A stretch of 64,000 bases of DNA from the IMG/VR virus record IMGVR_UViG_3300024344_003081. The stretch is one strand, 5' to 3'. The notes below the pieces were generated by a model. The model was not told the origin of the DNA. It did not search any database and saw nothing but the letters and a program-made list of their open reading frames with translations. Numbering within the stretch: position 1 is the first letter of the stretch; each line of letters starts with the position of its first letter. This document shows positions 27,848 through 38,700 of this stretch, in pieces. This DNA is from a virus. Lineage: Duplodnaviria; Caudoviricetes. A program made the position numbers and the translations under genes.

Positions 27848-29713
27848 ATGGCAGAAGCTACTAAATTACGGGTTTCAGAATTAGACTTTGATCAAATAAA
27901 AACTAATTTTAAAAGTTTTCTCAAAGAACAAGATATCTTTAGAGATTATAATCAAGATGGTTCTGTTATTTCTCAACTATTAGATATTTTAGCATATAAT
28001 ACTCATTATAATGCTTTTTATTTAAACATGGTAGCAAATGAAATGTATATTGATTCTGCAACTACTAGAAATGCTATGATATCTTTGTCTAAGTTATTAG
28101 GTTATACTCCGAAATCAAGAACTGGAGCAACAGCAAATGTAAATATATCAATAACACCCGATGATGCTCCTTCAAATATTACTGTAGTAAAAAATACACA
28201 ATTTAATACTGTTATAAATGGAGTCAATTTTTCTTTTGTTACTGATAAATCATATTCTACAACTGCAAATTCTGATAATTCAACAGTTACCATTTCAAAT
28301 GTTACATTGATTGAAGGTGATCCATTAACTTATAGATATACTGCTAATACACAAGATTCTTCACAAAGATTTACTATTCCTAATAGAGGAGTTGATCATT
28401 CAACAGTTACAATTTCTATTAAAGAAAATTCTTTTACTACTGAATTGTCTCCTTATACTTTAGCATCTGATTTACTTGGTGTTAGTTCAACATCAAATGT
28501 ATTTTTTATAGAAGAGGCTTCAGATTTTAAGACAGATATAAAATTTGGAGATGGTGTTTTAGGAAGAAAATTAAAATCTGGAAATATTGTTATTATTGAT
28601 TATAATGTTTGTGCTGGTGTAATGGGAAACGGTGCAAATAATTTTTCAGTTGCAACAACTGTTGGTGGTTATTCAACCGCTACTGTTTCAACTAATAGTA
28701 AAGCTGAAGGTGGTTCAGATGAGGAAACTATTAATTCTATAAGATTTAATGCTCCCAGACATTATAATACACAAAATCGAGCAGTAACAACAGATGATTA
28801 TAAAAGAATAATTTTAAGAGATTATCCATTGGCAGAATCAATAGTTGTATATGGGGGAGAAGAAGCTGATCCTCCAGAATATGGAAAAGTTTTTATAGGT
28901 ATAAAACCTAAATCGGGACTATATTTAACTGATTCAGTAAAAACAAATATTAAAGATAATATTCTCAAAAAATATAACGTTGCATCTATAACACCAGAGT
29001 TTGTTGATCTTGATTACATTTATATTTTATTAACAACAACTGTTAATTTTGATTCACGAAAAACAACAAAAACTTCACAAACATTAAGAAGTAGTATTAT
29101 AAATTCTATTAACACATATGTTAATGAAGACCTTTATAAATTTGAACAAGCATTTAGATTATCGAAGTTACAAACAAAAATAGATGATACTGATTCTTCT
29201 GTTTTAGGTAATGATAGTTCTATTAGATTGAAAAAAGTATTCGAACCATTATTAAATGCGAAATTATCTTATACTCTAAGATTTAATAATTCAATTTTTC
29301 ATCCTCATAGTGGTCATGCTCCTGCTTTATCTTCTACCACATTTTCTATAAATGATGAACAAGATGTTTTAAGAGAAGATTGTAAAATAAAAGATAAAGA
29401 TAGTGTATTAATAGTTTATAGAATAGATAATGAAGGAAAAGAACATACAGTCCGAGAAAATATTGGTTCAATTGATTATATAACTGGAAAAGTAATAATA
29501 GATGCTTTTGATCCCGCATCGTATACAGGTCATAACATTAATATAACTGTTATACCAGTTTTAAGTGATATATCATCTTTGAGAGAGCAATTAATAACAA
29601 TTCAAGAGAGTGATATTAATTTAAAGATGAATGATACATCATTAGTTGAAAAACAAGATCAAATAACAACAAGTAAAACCACAACATCTCAAACAACGGC
29701 AGTAAATTATTAA
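27848..29713 (+). CDS. gp6: Baseplate wedge gp6
   Basis: ELDFDQIK, LAYNTHYNAFY.NM..NE..IDSA, FGDGVLG, QNRAVT.DDY, PPEYGKVFI. Confidence 0.95.
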   Translation: MAEATKLRVSELDFDQIKTNFKSFLKEQDIFRDYNQDGSVISQLLDILAYNTHYNAFYLNMVANEMYIDSATTRNAMISLSKLLGYTPKSRTGATANVNISITPDDAPSNITVVKNTQFNTVINGVNFSFVTDKSYSTTANSDNSTVTISNVTLIEGDPLTYRYTANTQDSSQRFTIPNRGVDHSTVTISIKENSFTTELSPYTLASDLLGVSSTSNVFFIEEASDFKTDIKFGDGVLGRKLKSGNIVIIDYNVCAGVMGNGANNFSVATTVGGYSTATVSTNSKAEGGSDEETINSIRFNAPRHYNTQNRAVTTDDYKRIILRDYPLAESIVVYGGEEADPPEYGKVFIGIKPKSGLYLTDSVKTNIKDNILKKYNVASITPEFVDLDYIYILLTTTVNFDSRKTTKTSQTLRSSIINSINTYVNEDLYKFEQAFRLSKLQTKIDDTDSSVLGNDSSIRLKKVFEPLLNAKLSYTLRFNNSIFHPHSGHAPALSSTTFSINDEQDVLREDCKIKDKDSVLIVYRIDNEGKEHTVRENIGSIDYITGKVIIDAFDPASYTGHNINITVIPVLSDISSLREQLITIQESDINLKMNDTSLVEKQDQITTSKTTTSQTTAVNY

Positions 29714-29714
29714 A

Positions 29715-32700
29715 ATGTCAGAATATAATTGGTTAAAAGATACAGAAAATACGAAATTAGTAAGTAAGATATCTAATTTAGTTGAGAATCAATTTCCAGA
29801 ATTTGTTAAAAATGAAGGAACGAATTTTGTTGAATTTTTAAAATTTTACTACAAATGGATGGAATCACATGAATTAACTATTAAAGATGTGGTTCAAGAT
29901 GAATATCATATTAGATTAGAAAGTGAACAGGGCGGTTTTGTTTTAGAAACTGGATCGGATTTTATTTTAGAAGGCGATAGAACTAATAATAGTGCTTATG
30001 AAAAAAATGAAATTATAACAGGAATGACTTCAGGTGCAACTGGTACTGTTGATAGAAACACAAATACTGCATCGAGTAAAATTTATGTAACAGGAGTAAC
30101 GAAAACAGATTTCGAAGTAGGTGAAATAATTAAAGGCACAAATAATCGTACACTTGGTACTGTAACTAGCTTTCAGAAAAATCCTCTTTTTGCATCGAGA
30201 ACATTATTAAAATCAAAAGATATTGATAGCACTACAACAACTATGATGGATTATTTTGCTAAAGAATTTTTGATAAATTTTCCATTAAATTTAAGTACAG
30301 ACAAACCACTTTTAATAAAACATATATCTGATATTTACAGATCAAAGGGAACAAGTACTTCATATGATTTTTTATTTAAATCATTATATGATATACAAAA
30401 TCTTACTTTTTATACCCCAAAACTAGATTTACTTAAACCTTCTACTGGTAATTGGCAACAAGACAAATCTATCAGAATTATTACAGATGATCCTGCGACA
30501 TCATTTGAAAGTCATTCTGTTACAGGAAAACAATCAGGAGCAACTGGAATTGTAAATCGTATTGAAGAATTTGCGGCTGGAGTTTTTGATATAACAGAAT
30601 TATTTTTAACAAATATTGAAGGAACATTTATTGTAGGAGAATCGGTAGACTCAAATGAAGTTGATGGAGTATCTGGTAGTGGAATAGCACAAGGATTAAT
30701 ATCTGAAATTCTTATTTCCACTGCGGGTTCTGATTATAAAATAAATGATAAACTTTCATTTTCTGGTGGGGGAGGTGTTGAAGCAAAAGCAAAAGTAACA
30801 GATATTGGATCTGGTGCATTAGCTAAATTTACTATATTCGATGGTGGAGATGGATATCTTGAAGATAAAGAATTAACAGTAAATAATTTTGCTACGTTGG
30901 GAACTGGATTTGCTGGAAAAATTAAAGATGTAATTGATACTTTTACATTTTCAAAAAATGAAGATATAATAGGAAATTATACTTCAGTTACATTGGATGC
31001 TCTTGCATATGAATTGAGTGGAGATGTATCAGCGGATGTCGATAGTAGATTAATTGATGCATTAGGTTTTTCAAAATTAGATGCAGGACACATTTCTAGT
31101 GTAGAAACTACTGGTACTGGTGCTGGTTATGAGGCTATTCCTAAAATATCAGTTTCAGAATCAACAACTGAAGATTTTAATGAAAATTCTGTTCAAATTT
31201 TGAATTTAAATCCAGATCCTGATGATCTTGGTACAACTAATGCGATTACAGATTTTTTTGATCCTGGTGAAAAAATAACTTCTAATAGTGGTAATAAAAT
31301 AGGAACATTTTTTGGTACTGTATCGACAACATATGATCACTTAGATCCTTCCAGAATAAGAGTAAAAACTATAAAATTTTTAGATCAAAATGTAACTGAA
31401 AAAATTCCAATTGCACAAAGAAACGATTTGCTTGTAAATAATTCTTCTTATTTAGCAACTTCAAATCCATCAGTATATCATGTACAATTCGTTACTGGTG
31501 GTTCGGGTTCAGTAAATACTATAAAATATAAACGAGGAATTGATGCAAGAGAAGATTTTAATAGTGCAAATAATACTGGAAATATAGATTTTTATCCAAC
31601 ATCAGGTGGAGTAGATGTAACAGGTGGTTATCAAACATTAAGTTTTGGTATTACATCAATTACTAGATCAAGCACAATTGCAACTGCAACCACATATGGA
31701 AAACATGGATTAGAAGATGGGCAAATAGTTGCTATATCAGGAGCAAGTCCTGCTGGTTACAATGGAACTGCAACAATTACGGTAGCAAGTACAACTTCTT
31801 TTTCATATACCGTAGGGGGTTCCCTTACAACTCCTGCTACAGGAACTATAACTTATAATGAAAATGTTTCTGTAAAATTTACATTACCTTTTGGACATAC
31901 TACTGATGATGAATATGCTTTTTCTACTATTGATTTTGTTTCTAATGAAGTTCTTACTGGCGCTAATTCTGCCGCAGTTGCAACTGTAAACACTGGTGTT
32001 GCTTTTTCTGCTGGAGGTGATTTAGGAAATAATGCAATAGTTGGAATTGCTTCGGGAGATGCTGGTTCTGGATCTATTAAGTCTATAGAAATTCAAGATC
32101 CAGGAGTAGGATTTACATCCGTTCCTACAATAACATTACCAGGTCTTGGGGCAGAAAATGCAAATTTAACTGCAAAAATTGGTGCAATGAGATCAGAGAC
32201 AGGGCTTTATCTCAATGAAGATGGTCAATTAAGTTCTAGTAAAAAACTTATTGATAGTAATTTTTATCAAGATTATTCTTATTCATTAATTGCTAATAAA
32301 CAACTTAATGATTATCAAGAAATTGTTTTTAAATTATTGCATCCCGTAGGAACAAAACTTTTTGGAGAATTTACTCCTGATCCTACTGAATTGAATATGG
32401 GATTTGATAGTAGAATAAAATTTGAGAATAATGATTTGGCATTAAAAGAAGATGGTGATGATCTTTTAATGGAAGATCAAACAGATCCAAGACATGAAGT
32501 AATATTTAATAATAATCAAAATTTAGGAACAGGAACTGTTGCCTTAACAGGTAATTCTGAAGAATTATTGGGAGATTCTACAGATTTTACAGCAACGTAT
32601 GCTGAAGGAGATCATGTAGTTATTGATGATGAACAATCTTTTGAAGTTTCTTATGGTGAATTAAGATTAGAGAATTATTTAACAGGTACAATATCAACAT

Positions 32701-33887
32701 CATCATCAAATGTTATTTCTATTATAGGATTAGGTGATTCTTCTCCTAAGACTTTAACTGTACCTAGTGATTTTAGTGCTAATGCTAATTTTGTTGCAAA
32801 TAGCGTAGTAACACAAATAAATTCTACCACAGGCGAAAAAGTAACAGGCATTGTTCTTAGACATGAACTAGATTCATCAAATAATAATACATTAATTTTA
32901 CATTCTTGCAATGGAATATTTGATACTTCAAGTAATGCAAATTCTACAGTTGGAAATAATTCATTATTAAGCATAGAAACATATAATATGATTTTAGAAG
33001 GAAGTTCTGCAGATTTAACTGGTGATTTTGTATCAGAAGAAGATGGAGTATCGATTATTGCATTGGAAAATAGCATATATCAAAATAACGACTCTATCGT
33101 AACTGCAACATTTGAATATGCAAAATCAAATGTAATTTTTGGTGTTGCAACAGATTTTCAAACAGATTTTAGAATAAATGATAGAATTAAATTGTTATCA
33201 ACTCAACAAAATACAAAAATTATTGAAATAATTAATTCAACCTGTTTAATAGGAAATACTTCAATAAGCACAGATACCGATTTTAATATAGTTTTAGAAG
33301 AGGGGTCAGATGGTTATCCAGGAAATTTCATTGCAGAAAATAATGACAATATTATTTTAAATAATATTGATCCTAATGCAGTTAAATTTGATAATGAAGA
33401 TATTCAATTTTATAATTTGCTTGAAACAACGGTAAGGGGAACAACTACTGCAAATGGTGTATATACAGGAAATGTTTCTTTAGCAGGAATAAATTCTTCT
33501 TTTGGAGAAGATTTATTAGTAGGCGATGTTATTACATTATCTTCTAATACATCTCAAAAAGGAAAAATTTTAACGATAGCAGGTCAAACTTTAACTTTAA
33601 ATACAGCATTGGGTGATGGAACAGAGGGTCAAACTATAACTTTACATTCAATTAGAAATTTTGATTTAGAAAGAAATGCGACCTTTATAACATTATCAAC
33701 TCCTTATGATGCTTCAAATAATTTTATGAATTTGACAGTTAATTCATCCGCTACAGGATTGTTGCTTCTTGAAGATGGAGTTGGTACTGCTAATGCGGGA
33801 TATGTTGGAAACACCTCAACTGAGGGAAGTTTAAAATTTGAAATATTATCGACATTTAATAATCAAACACCTAAATTCATACAATAA
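29715..33887 (+). CDS. gp7: Baseplate wedge initiator gp7-like, expanded
   Basis: ENQFPEFV..F..FL..YY.W.E, KHISDIYRSKGT..SY.FLF, DSNFYQDYSY, HPVGTKLFG. Confidence 0.85.
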   Translation: MSEYNWLKDTENTKLVSKISNLVENQFPEFVKNEGTNFVEFLKFYYKWMESHELTIKDVVQDEYHIRLESEQGGFVLETGSDFILEGDRTNNSAYEKNEIITGMTSGATGTVDRNTNTASSKIYVTGVTKTDFEVGEIIKGTNNRTLGTVTSFQKNPLFASRTLLKSKDIDSTTTTMMDYFAKEFLINFPLNLSTDKPLLIKHISDIYRSKGTSTSYDFLFKSLYDIQNLTFYTPKLDLLKPSTGNWQQDKSIRIITDDPATSFESHSVTGKQSGATGIVNRIEEFAAGVFDITELFLTNIEGTFIVGESVDSNEVDGVSGSGIAQGLISEILISTAGSDYKINDKLSFSGGGGVEAKAKVTDIGSGALAKFTIFDGGDGYLEDKELTVNNFATLGTGFAGKIKDVIDTFTFSKNEDIIGNYTSVTLDALAYELSGDVSADVDSRLIDALGFSKLDAGHISSVETTGTGAGYEAIPKISVSESTTEDFNENSVQILNLNPDPDDLGTTNAITDFFDPGEKITSNSGNKIGTFFGTVSTTYDHLDPSRIRVKTIKFLDQNVTEKIPIAQRNDLLVNNSSYLATSNPSVYHVQFVTGGSGSVNTIKYKRGIDAREDFNSANNTGNIDFYPTSGGVDVTGGYQTLSFGITSITRSSTIATATTYGKHGLEDGQIVAISGASPAGYNGTATITVASTTSFSYTVGGSLTTPATGTITYNENVSVKFTLPFGHTTDDEYAFSTIDFVSNEVLTGANSAAVATVNTGVAFSAGGDLGNNAIVGIASGDAGSGSIKSIEIQDPGVGFTSVPTITLPGLGAENANLTAKIGAMRSETGLYLNEDGQLSSSKKLIDSNFYQDYSYSLIANKQLNDYQEIVFKLLHPVGTKLFGEFTPDPTELNMGFDSRIKFENNDLALKEDGDDLLMEDQTDPRHEVIFNNNQNLGTGTVALTGNSEELLGDSTDFTATYAEGDHVVIDDEQSFEVSYGELRLENYLTGTISTSSSNVISIIGLGDSSPKTLTVPSDFSANANFVANSVVTQINSTTGEKVTGIVLRHELDSSNNNTLILHSCNGIFDTSSNANSTVGNNSLLSIETYNMILEGSSADLTGDFVSEEDGVSIIALENSIYQNNDSIVTATFEYAKSNVIFGVATDFQTDFRINDRIKLLSTQQNTKIIEIINSTCLIGNTSISTDTDFNIVLEEGSDGYPGNFIAENNDNIILNNIDPNAVKFDNEDIQFYNLLETTVRGTTTANGVYTGNVSLAGINSSFGEDLLVGDVITLSSNTSQKGKILTIAGQTLTLNTALGDGTEGQTITLHSIRNFDLERNATFITLSTPYDASNNFMNLTVNSSATGLLLLEDGVGTANAGYVGNTSTEGSLKFEILSTFNNQTPKFIQ

Positions 33888-33904
33888 TAAAAATATTTTA
33901 TTAA

Positions 33905-33912
33905 TATAAATA
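33905..33912 (+). promoter_or_regulatory. T4-type late promoter TATAAATA
   Basis: Exact consensus 5 nt before the gp8 ATG. Confidence 0.7.
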
Positions 33913-33917
33913 AACAT

Positions 33918-35699
33918 ATGGCTAGACTGGTTACAACAAAATTTAAAATACATAACGCAGAGCAATTCATTGAATCTCTCAGCGAAACTTCGGCAACAAA
34001 TTTATATTTGTTTATCGGAAGAGTTCAAGAATGGACTGATGAAAATTCACCGCCTGCACCAACTGAAGCAGTAGCAAATACTTTGTATAGTTATTGGGAT
34101 CAAATGATTGCCGCAAAAAAAGTTACTTCTGCAGATGTTAAACATGTTATTACAAGAAGAAATTGGGAATCAAATACTGCATATACTGCTTATGCTCATA
34201 CAAATCCAGATCAGTTAGCAAATAATTTTTATGTTGTTACAGAAGATTTTAATGTATATAAGTGTTTACAAAATAATTTGTCGAACGGAACTTCAACAAT
34301 TAAGCCAACTGGTACAGGTTCAGCGGTTATTGAAATTGCAGATGGATATAAATGGAAATATATGTATACTATTACATCTCAAGATACTTTGAAATTTACA
34401 ACATCTGAATATATTCCCGTACAAAAAAGTATAGATTCTAGACAAATTGCAGTTGAAGATGCCGCTATTGATGGACAAATAGACATTATTAATAAAACAT
34501 CAAATGGTGATTTTAAAGTTGAATTTACGGCTGGTCCAACAAATGCTGTTGGAGATTCTCAAGATTTTATTTCTAGTGAGACTTTAGTGGGTCAAACATC
34601 GAATCAATATGGAACACTTGTCAGTTATACTTCAAGTGCGAATAATATAACTTATTCCCCTAGTGTAGGAAATACAAAATTTACTGATGGTGAAGTTGTT
34701 TTAGGAGCAACATCTAATGCGAGAGCAACAATTTCGCAGACGCCAGTATCAACATATGAATTTGATACAGGAGTATTTGCACAAGTGACTAATTCTACTG
34801 TAATGCAATTATCTACAAGTGCAAATAATAGTGTAGATGGTTTATATGTAAATTCAACTGTTTTTGTGGTAAATAATGCAGGACAAGGAGAACAAACTAC
34901 AATTACACAATATGATGCTTTGCTTAGAAGAATAACTGTAAATCCTGCTTTTACTGTTACACCAAGTACTGTTTCTGGTTATGAAGTAGCGCCATCAATT
35001 ACATTAAATGGAGATGGAAGTTCCTTTAAAGGAAGAACAAGAGGAAATGCATCTCATGGTGTAACCGAAGTAACTGTAACAGAAAAAGGAGCTGGTTTTA
35101 CTATAGCAAGTCCCTCTATTTTTGCTAATGTTTCTTATGGAACAGGAGCAAATTCTGAAGTTATTATTGGACCAGTAGGTGGTCACGGTAAAAATGCTAT
35201 TGAAGAATTGGGAGGAAATAGGGTTATGGTTGATTCTCGTATTTCTGGAAATGAATCGGGAAGATTTACAACATCTAATGATTTTAGACAAGTGGGATTA
35301 TTAAGAGATCCTTTACAAACTGCAAATACCCTTGCATTTTTTACAGAATCTTTATCGGATCAATCTACAACTTTAACAGTTGGAGCCGTTGCTGGATCTT
35401 TTCAATCAGATGAAAAGATTTATACAGGATCATCTTTAGCGGATAGTACGGCTAATGGAACTGTTGTAGATTTTCTAAATAATAATACATTAAGAATAAA
35501 TGAAGTCAAAGGTACTTTTCAAGATAGTAATGTGGTGACTGGAGCAAATTCAAGTTCATCCGGAACAATTTCTGCAAATGGTGTTGCTCAACCAGGAATG
35601 AAACCTTATAGTGGCGATGTACTTTATATTGAAAACAGAGAAAAAATTACTAGATTGCAGAATCAAGTAGAAGACTTTAAGATTGTATTGGAGTTTTAA
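33918..35699 (+). CDS. gp8: Baseplate wedge gp8, with inserted domains
   Basis: YLFIGRVQEW, VYKCL.N, DGYKWKYMYTI, FRQVGLLRDP, SGDVLYIENR..R...Q.EDFKIVLEF. Confidence 0.92.
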   Translation: MARLVTTKFKIHNAEQFIESLSETSATNLYLFIGRVQEWTDENSPPAPTEAVANTLYSYWDQMIAAKKVTSADVKHVITRRNWESNTAYTAYAHTNPDQLANNFYVVTEDFNVYKCLQNNLSNGTSTIKPTGTGSAVIEIADGYKWKYMYTITSQDTLKFTTSEYIPVQKSIDSRQIAVEDAAIDGQIDIINKTSNGDFKVEFTAGPTNAVGDSQDFISSETLVGQTSNQYGTLVSYTSSANNITYSPSVGNTKFTDGEVVLGATSNARATISQTPVSTYEFDTGVFAQVTNSTVMQLSTSANNSVDGLYVNSTVFVVNNAGQGEQTTITQYDALLRRITVNPAFTVTPSTVSGYEVAPSITLNGDGSSFKGRTRGNASHGVTEVTVTEKGAGFTIASPSIFANVSYGTGANSEVIIGPVGGHGKNAIEELGGNRVMVDSRISGNESGRFTTSNDFRQVGLLRDPLQTANTLAFFTESLSDQSTTLTVGAVAGSFQSDEKIYTGSSLADSTANGTVVDFLNNNTLRINEVKGTFQDSNVVTGANSSSSGTISANGVAQPGMKPYSGDVLYIENREKITRLQNQVEDFKIVLEF

Positions 35700-35702
35700 C
35701 AA

Positions 35703-38700
35703 ATGCCTAAATTAACACAAGATTTTAATATATCACCTTATTATGATGATTTTAATGAAGCAAATAAATTTTATAAGGTTTTATATCGTCCTGGATATTC
35801 TGTTCAGGCAAGAGAACTAAATCAAATACAATCTATTCTTCAAAATCAGTTAGAAAAAACAGGAGATACCCTTTATCAAGATGGCTCTAAAGTTTTAGGA
35901 GCAGAATTAATTTTAAATAATAAGATTAATTCTTTAAAATTAAAACCAACTTATTCTGATGTTGCAATTACAGCAACATCTTTTAATGGTAGAATTATTC
36001 AAGGGCAAACATCTGGTGCGAAAGCAGAAGTTGTAACAAGTCAAATTTTTACAACTGAAAATTTAGATATTTTAATGATAAACTATGTTGATGATACTAA
36101 ATTTTTAGATAATGAAACAATTAATACCATTGATACAGGAACAACATATTTTGCAACTGTTGCTGGAGCAGATGAAGGATTAACTGGAGCAACTACATCG
36201 ACATCTTTAGCTTCTGGTTTGGGTTCTATAGTTAGTGTTAATGAGGGATTATTTTATATTGGTGGATATTTTGTATATGTTTCTCCTCAAAATCTTATTT
36301 TAGATACTGAAAATAATAATCCTTCTACAAGAATAGGATTAACAACTACAGAATCTATCGTTTCAAGTATTGAAGATTCTACGCTTTTAGATAATGCTCT
36401 AGGAACTCCTAATTATTCTGCTCCTGGTGCAAATAGATATAAAATTGATTTAGAATTATCATCAAAAACTTATTTTGAATCTGGTAAAACAGTAGCATCA
36501 TCGGGTGTTACTTTTTCTGTAAATACAAAAGATAATAGATCAGGAACAGTAAGTGTAACAACAACCACTGACCATAACTTGTCTGTGGGTGATGTCATAG
36601 TTGTATCTGGTGTTACTGAAGCAGATTATAATGGAAAATATTCAGTTTCAGCAGTAGGATCCACTACAACATTTTCTTATCTAATACAAGGTAAACCATC
36701 AACACCTGCTACTGGAACACCTGTATATGTAACAGGAGTAGTTGATCCAATTGCTAGAACTTCTGATTCTGATTTTATTGAATTATTAAGATTAGAAAAT
36801 GGTGAAAAGATTGAAGAAGTAAAATTTCCTATTATGGGAAATATAGAAAAAACTTTAGCAAGACGAACATTTGATGCTTCTGGAGATTTTACAGTTAGAC
36901 CATTTTCCCTTGATGTTATGAATCATAAGATTCAAGGAACTGCGGGTGAAAGAACAACGACAAATACAAGCACAACTATTACTGCTAATGGCGCAAACTT
37001 TATAGCAGATGTTAATGTTGGTGATACTATATTCTTTTCAGGAAATACTTCAAAAACTGGTGAAGTTTCATCAATCACAAATGGAACAACTTTAACATTA
37101 ACAACTGGAACTGCTTTAGGTGATGGAAGCAATAATCAAAAAATAGGTGTTTCTACAAAATTATCTGCAGAATTAAGTCCAGGAAAAGCATATATTAAGG
37201 GGTTTGAACATGAAACTATGACTCCAACATATGTAAATTTAAATAAAGCAAGAAGTACAGAATCAGTTTCCGCAGAAAAACAAGGAGTTGAATTTGGGCC
37301 ATATGCAAAAGTATCAGATGTTATTTCTAATACTGCTTTTTCTTTGGGAGTAAATTCTGCAACTATTAATTCAACATCTGGAGGAACGGGTGCTGATTTA
37401 TTAGATTTACATATGGTTAAGTGGCCATCGACTACACAATTGCATGGGACAGTAACAGCAAGTGAAAAAATTATATGGAATTCAAATGGAGCAATTGGTA
37501 AAGTTGGTATTGATAATACTTCAGCCGCAACCATAGCAAACACAAAAATAGGTACAGTACGATTAAGACAGCTTGATTTTAGAGAAGGAAGATCATCTAC
37601 CGTAACTGATGAATATGGTGGTGGAGCCGATGCTAATGGTACATATCATATAAAATTTCCTGCAATATATGATGCTCATTTATTTGATTTTAGATTTGAC
37701 AAAACTACGGGAACAGTTGCGGGTGCTGTTGCCGCTAATGATACAATTATTAGTTTACCGACATCAGGAGCTAATTCTTTCCCTACAGTCAATTGTTTGT
37801 ATGGTGCAACTATAACTGTTAATACATCATATTTGGGTGTAAATACTTCTGATACTAGAGATATAATTGCTTGGACAGGTGCAAATTCTCAAGCCGCTAT
37901 GGGATTCGATTTAAATGCAGATGGTTCAGCACAAGCGGCCGCATATCATGCACAATTAGATAGTTCATTAACACAAGCAACTCAATCTACTTCTACTTAT
38001 ACTTTGACTTTTGGAATTAAAGATATTCGTTCTGCTGTTCAAACAACAACTACCACTTTTGATAAAGCAATGAATATTGATATTAGTGGTAAAAACGATT
38101 TAACGGAAAGTGGAAATACTGTTATCTTTGATAATAATGATGATCAAAGATCACTATTGTTTCCTTATCAAAATAAAACCGTTGCGGGCCTAACAAAAGC
38201 ATCTTATAAATTAAAAAGATCATTTACGGCCGCACTTACTGGTAATTCTGTTGCTATTACGGCCACAGAAGGAGGAGAATTATTTTATCCAGCAACTGGA
38301 GCAGGAAATGTTTCTGCGGCGGTTGCAGATGCTAATTATCTAGTTTTTGTTCCTGGTGATGGTGGGGGCGAATATATTGAATTTAGTAATACTTCTGGAT
38401 CTTCATTAGGAGACGGTAGATATATTTCATTAAATGAGGATGGAGACCAATTAACAATTAATGTAGAATCAGATACAGCAGGTGCAAGAGATTATACAGG
38501 TAATACAATACATGTTATTGCTACAATGATGTATAAAGCGGCAGGAGCAACAAGAACGAATGGTGGTATTGGAACAAAAACTTTAGTAGTAGGAAACACT
38601 ACAGTTGCTAATGTAACTTCTGGTTCATCAAATACGATTCAGGCAGATTCTGGACAAATTTATTTTGGAAAAACAATAAATGCAGAACCTAAAGTAGCTA

